NCBI GenBank assembly: GCA_029856045.1
Contig: JAHQWG010000016.1
Location: 224,001 to 288,000, forward strand
DNA length: 64,000 bases
Reading direction: 5' to 3'
Origin: Promethearchaeia archaeon
GTDB lineage: Archaea > Asgardarchaeota > Lokiarchaeia > Sigyniarchaeales > SOKP01
In this document: positions 62,536 to 64,000 of the stretch, in pieces
Layout: each line of letters opens with the position of its first letter
Position numbering within the stretch: position 1 is the first letter of the stretch
The notes under the pieces: model-generated
Told to the model about the DNA's origin: nothing
The model's input: the letters and a program-made list of their open reading frames with translations, nothing else
The model's database searches: none
Program-made: the position numbers and the translations under genes

Positions 62536-64000
62536 ATGAATGAAGAAAAATATATCCTTGCTCATGATCATGGGACTTCTGGAAGTAAAGCTGCAATAGT
62601 ATCAACCCATGGAGAAGTTCTTGGTTTTGAATTCGAAGAAGTTCCATTATTTTTACCCAGTGCGGGAGCAGCCGAGCAGAACCCAGATGATTGGTGGAAT
62701 GCAATGAAAAAATCTATTACAAGGGTGTTGGATAAAAACTTGGTACCAATTGATGATATAGTTGGATTTTGTAATACTAGCCAATGGAGCGGAACTGTTC
62801 CAGTTGATAAAGATGGAAATCACTTAATGAACGCAATTATATGGATGGATACAAGAGGGGCGCCTTATGTAGAAAAATTCTATAAAGGAATTTTAAAAGT
62901 GGGCGGATTAAATATAATAAAAGCATTAAAATGGGTTAAAATAACTGGAGGTGCGCTAAGTACAACTGGGAAGGATTCCATTGCTCATATTTTATTTTTA
63001 AAAAATGAGCACCCTGATATTTATAATAAAACCTTTAAATTCCTAGAACCTCAAGATTACATTAATTTAAAACTTACAGGTAAATTCGCCGCTTCTACTT
63101 GTTCTATCCAAGTTCATTGGATTACAGATATAAGGGATATTAATAATGTTGTTTATCATGATGGACTCATAAAAAAATTAAAACTTAATAGAGATCAATA
63201 TCCAGATCTAAAATTAACAACTGATATTTTGGGAACTATTAATAAAGAGGTAGCAGATGAGTTTGGTTTAAATGAGGATGTCAAAGTTATTATGGGTGCC
63301 CCAGACATCTCTTCAGCAGCAGTAGGTTCAGGAGCAGTTAGGGATTATGAAGGACATATCTACCTTGGAACATCATCATGGTGTGTATGTCATGTACCAT
63401 TTAAAAAGACAGATCTATTTCATAATATGGCCAGCCTAGTCTCCGCAATTCCAGGAAGATATTTGTTTACAAACGAGCAAGAAATTGCTGGAGGATGCCT
63501 TTCATTTATGAGAGATAATATATTATATCATCAAGATGAGCTACTTCTTGAAGAGAAAGTTCCGGATGTTTATAAAATATTTGATAGAATTGTAGAGAAG
63601 GTGGAACCTGGAAGTAATAAACTAATTTTTACTCCATGGTTATATGGAGAGCGATCTCCTATTGATGATCATACAATTAGAGGGGGACTTCATAATCTCT
63701 CATTGGAAACGCATAGAGAGCATATGATAAGAGCAATATTTGAAGGAGTTGCTTATAATTCCAGATGGATATCTCAATATGTCGAGAAAAATATTAAACG
63801 CCCCTTAAATCCAATAAATTTAATTGGAGGTGGCGCAAATAGCAATATATGGTGTCAAATTTATGCTGACGTTCTTAATAGAACAATTAGACAGGTTGAG
63901 AATCCAATTGAAGCAAATGCACGAGGAGCTGCTTTTATTGGATCAGTTGGACTAGGATACATTACTTTTGATGAAATTCCAAAATATATTAAATATTCAA
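62536..64000 (+). CDS. FGGY-family carbohydrate kinase (xylulokinase-like), 3'-truncated; absent from the ORF track
   Basis: Translated by hand: MNEEKYILAHDHGTSGSKA, AEQNPDDWW, IIWMDTRG, YLGTSSW, PWLYGERSP, RAIFEGVAY and GGGANS..W.QI.ADV. Confidence 0.93.
   Translation, partial: MNEEKYILAHDHGTSGSKAAIVSTHGEVLGFEFEEVPLFLPSAGAAEQNPDDWWNAMKKSITRVLDKNLVPIDDIVGFCNTSQWSGTVPVDKDGNHLMNAIIWMDTRGAPYVEKFYKGILKVGGLNIIKALKWVKITGGALSTTGKDSIAHILFLKNEHPDIYNKTFKFLEPQDYINLKLTGKFAASTCSIQVHWITDIRDINNVVYHDGLIKKLKLNRDQYPDLKLTTDILGTINKEVADEFGLNEDVKVIMGAPDISSAAVGSGAVRDYEGHIYLGTSSWCVCHVPFKKTDLFHNMASLVSAIPGRYLFTNEQEIAGGCLSFMRDNILYHQDELLLEEKVPDVYKIFDRIVEKVEPGSNKLIFTPWLYGERSPIDDHTIRGGLHNLSLETHREHMIRAIFEGVAYNSRWISQYVEKNIKRPLNPINLIGGGANSNIWCQIYADVLNRTIRQVENPIEANARGAAFIGSVGLGYITFDEIPKYIKYS

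Overview
This AT-rich chromosomal window almost certainly comes from an Asgard archaeon, most like Lokiarchaeia. The assignment rests on a Loki-type profilin, a roadblock-small GTPase fusion, an unlinked 23S rRNA with enlarged ES9/ES39 segments and archaeal information-processing genes. Most of the window is core genome: RIO kinase, ftsZ, TFB, TFE, rpoP/H/B, aRF1, CoA biosynthesis (PoK, PPS, PanE), carS, cdc6 with a probable origin, PolD DP1/DP2, Cbf5, PAN, NAC and class III RNR. There is one stand-alone 23S rRNA gene with a perfect BHB processing stem and four tRNAs, three of which carry non-canonical introns. The most notable signals are: (i) a ~1.1 kb GC-richer cassette carrying a sigma70-type promoter, bounded by GTT cores and an attC-like hairpin, that appears to have broken a TnsA-like gene; (ii) a tRNA-Leu(CAA) whose anticodon lies on a 5-nt micro-exon between two introns, next to two decayed tRNA-Leu copies; (iii) a profilin with an extra C-terminal helical domain; (iv) an orphan YcaO beside a THUMP-less ThiI and an MccE-like decarboxylase; (v) an orphan glycyl radical enzyme with a variant radical motif; (vi) a shared intergenic CGACAAAA motif upstream of cdc6, nrdD and two unknown genes. 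No CRISPR array or intact mobile element was seen. All homology calls are from motif recognition by eye, not database searches.
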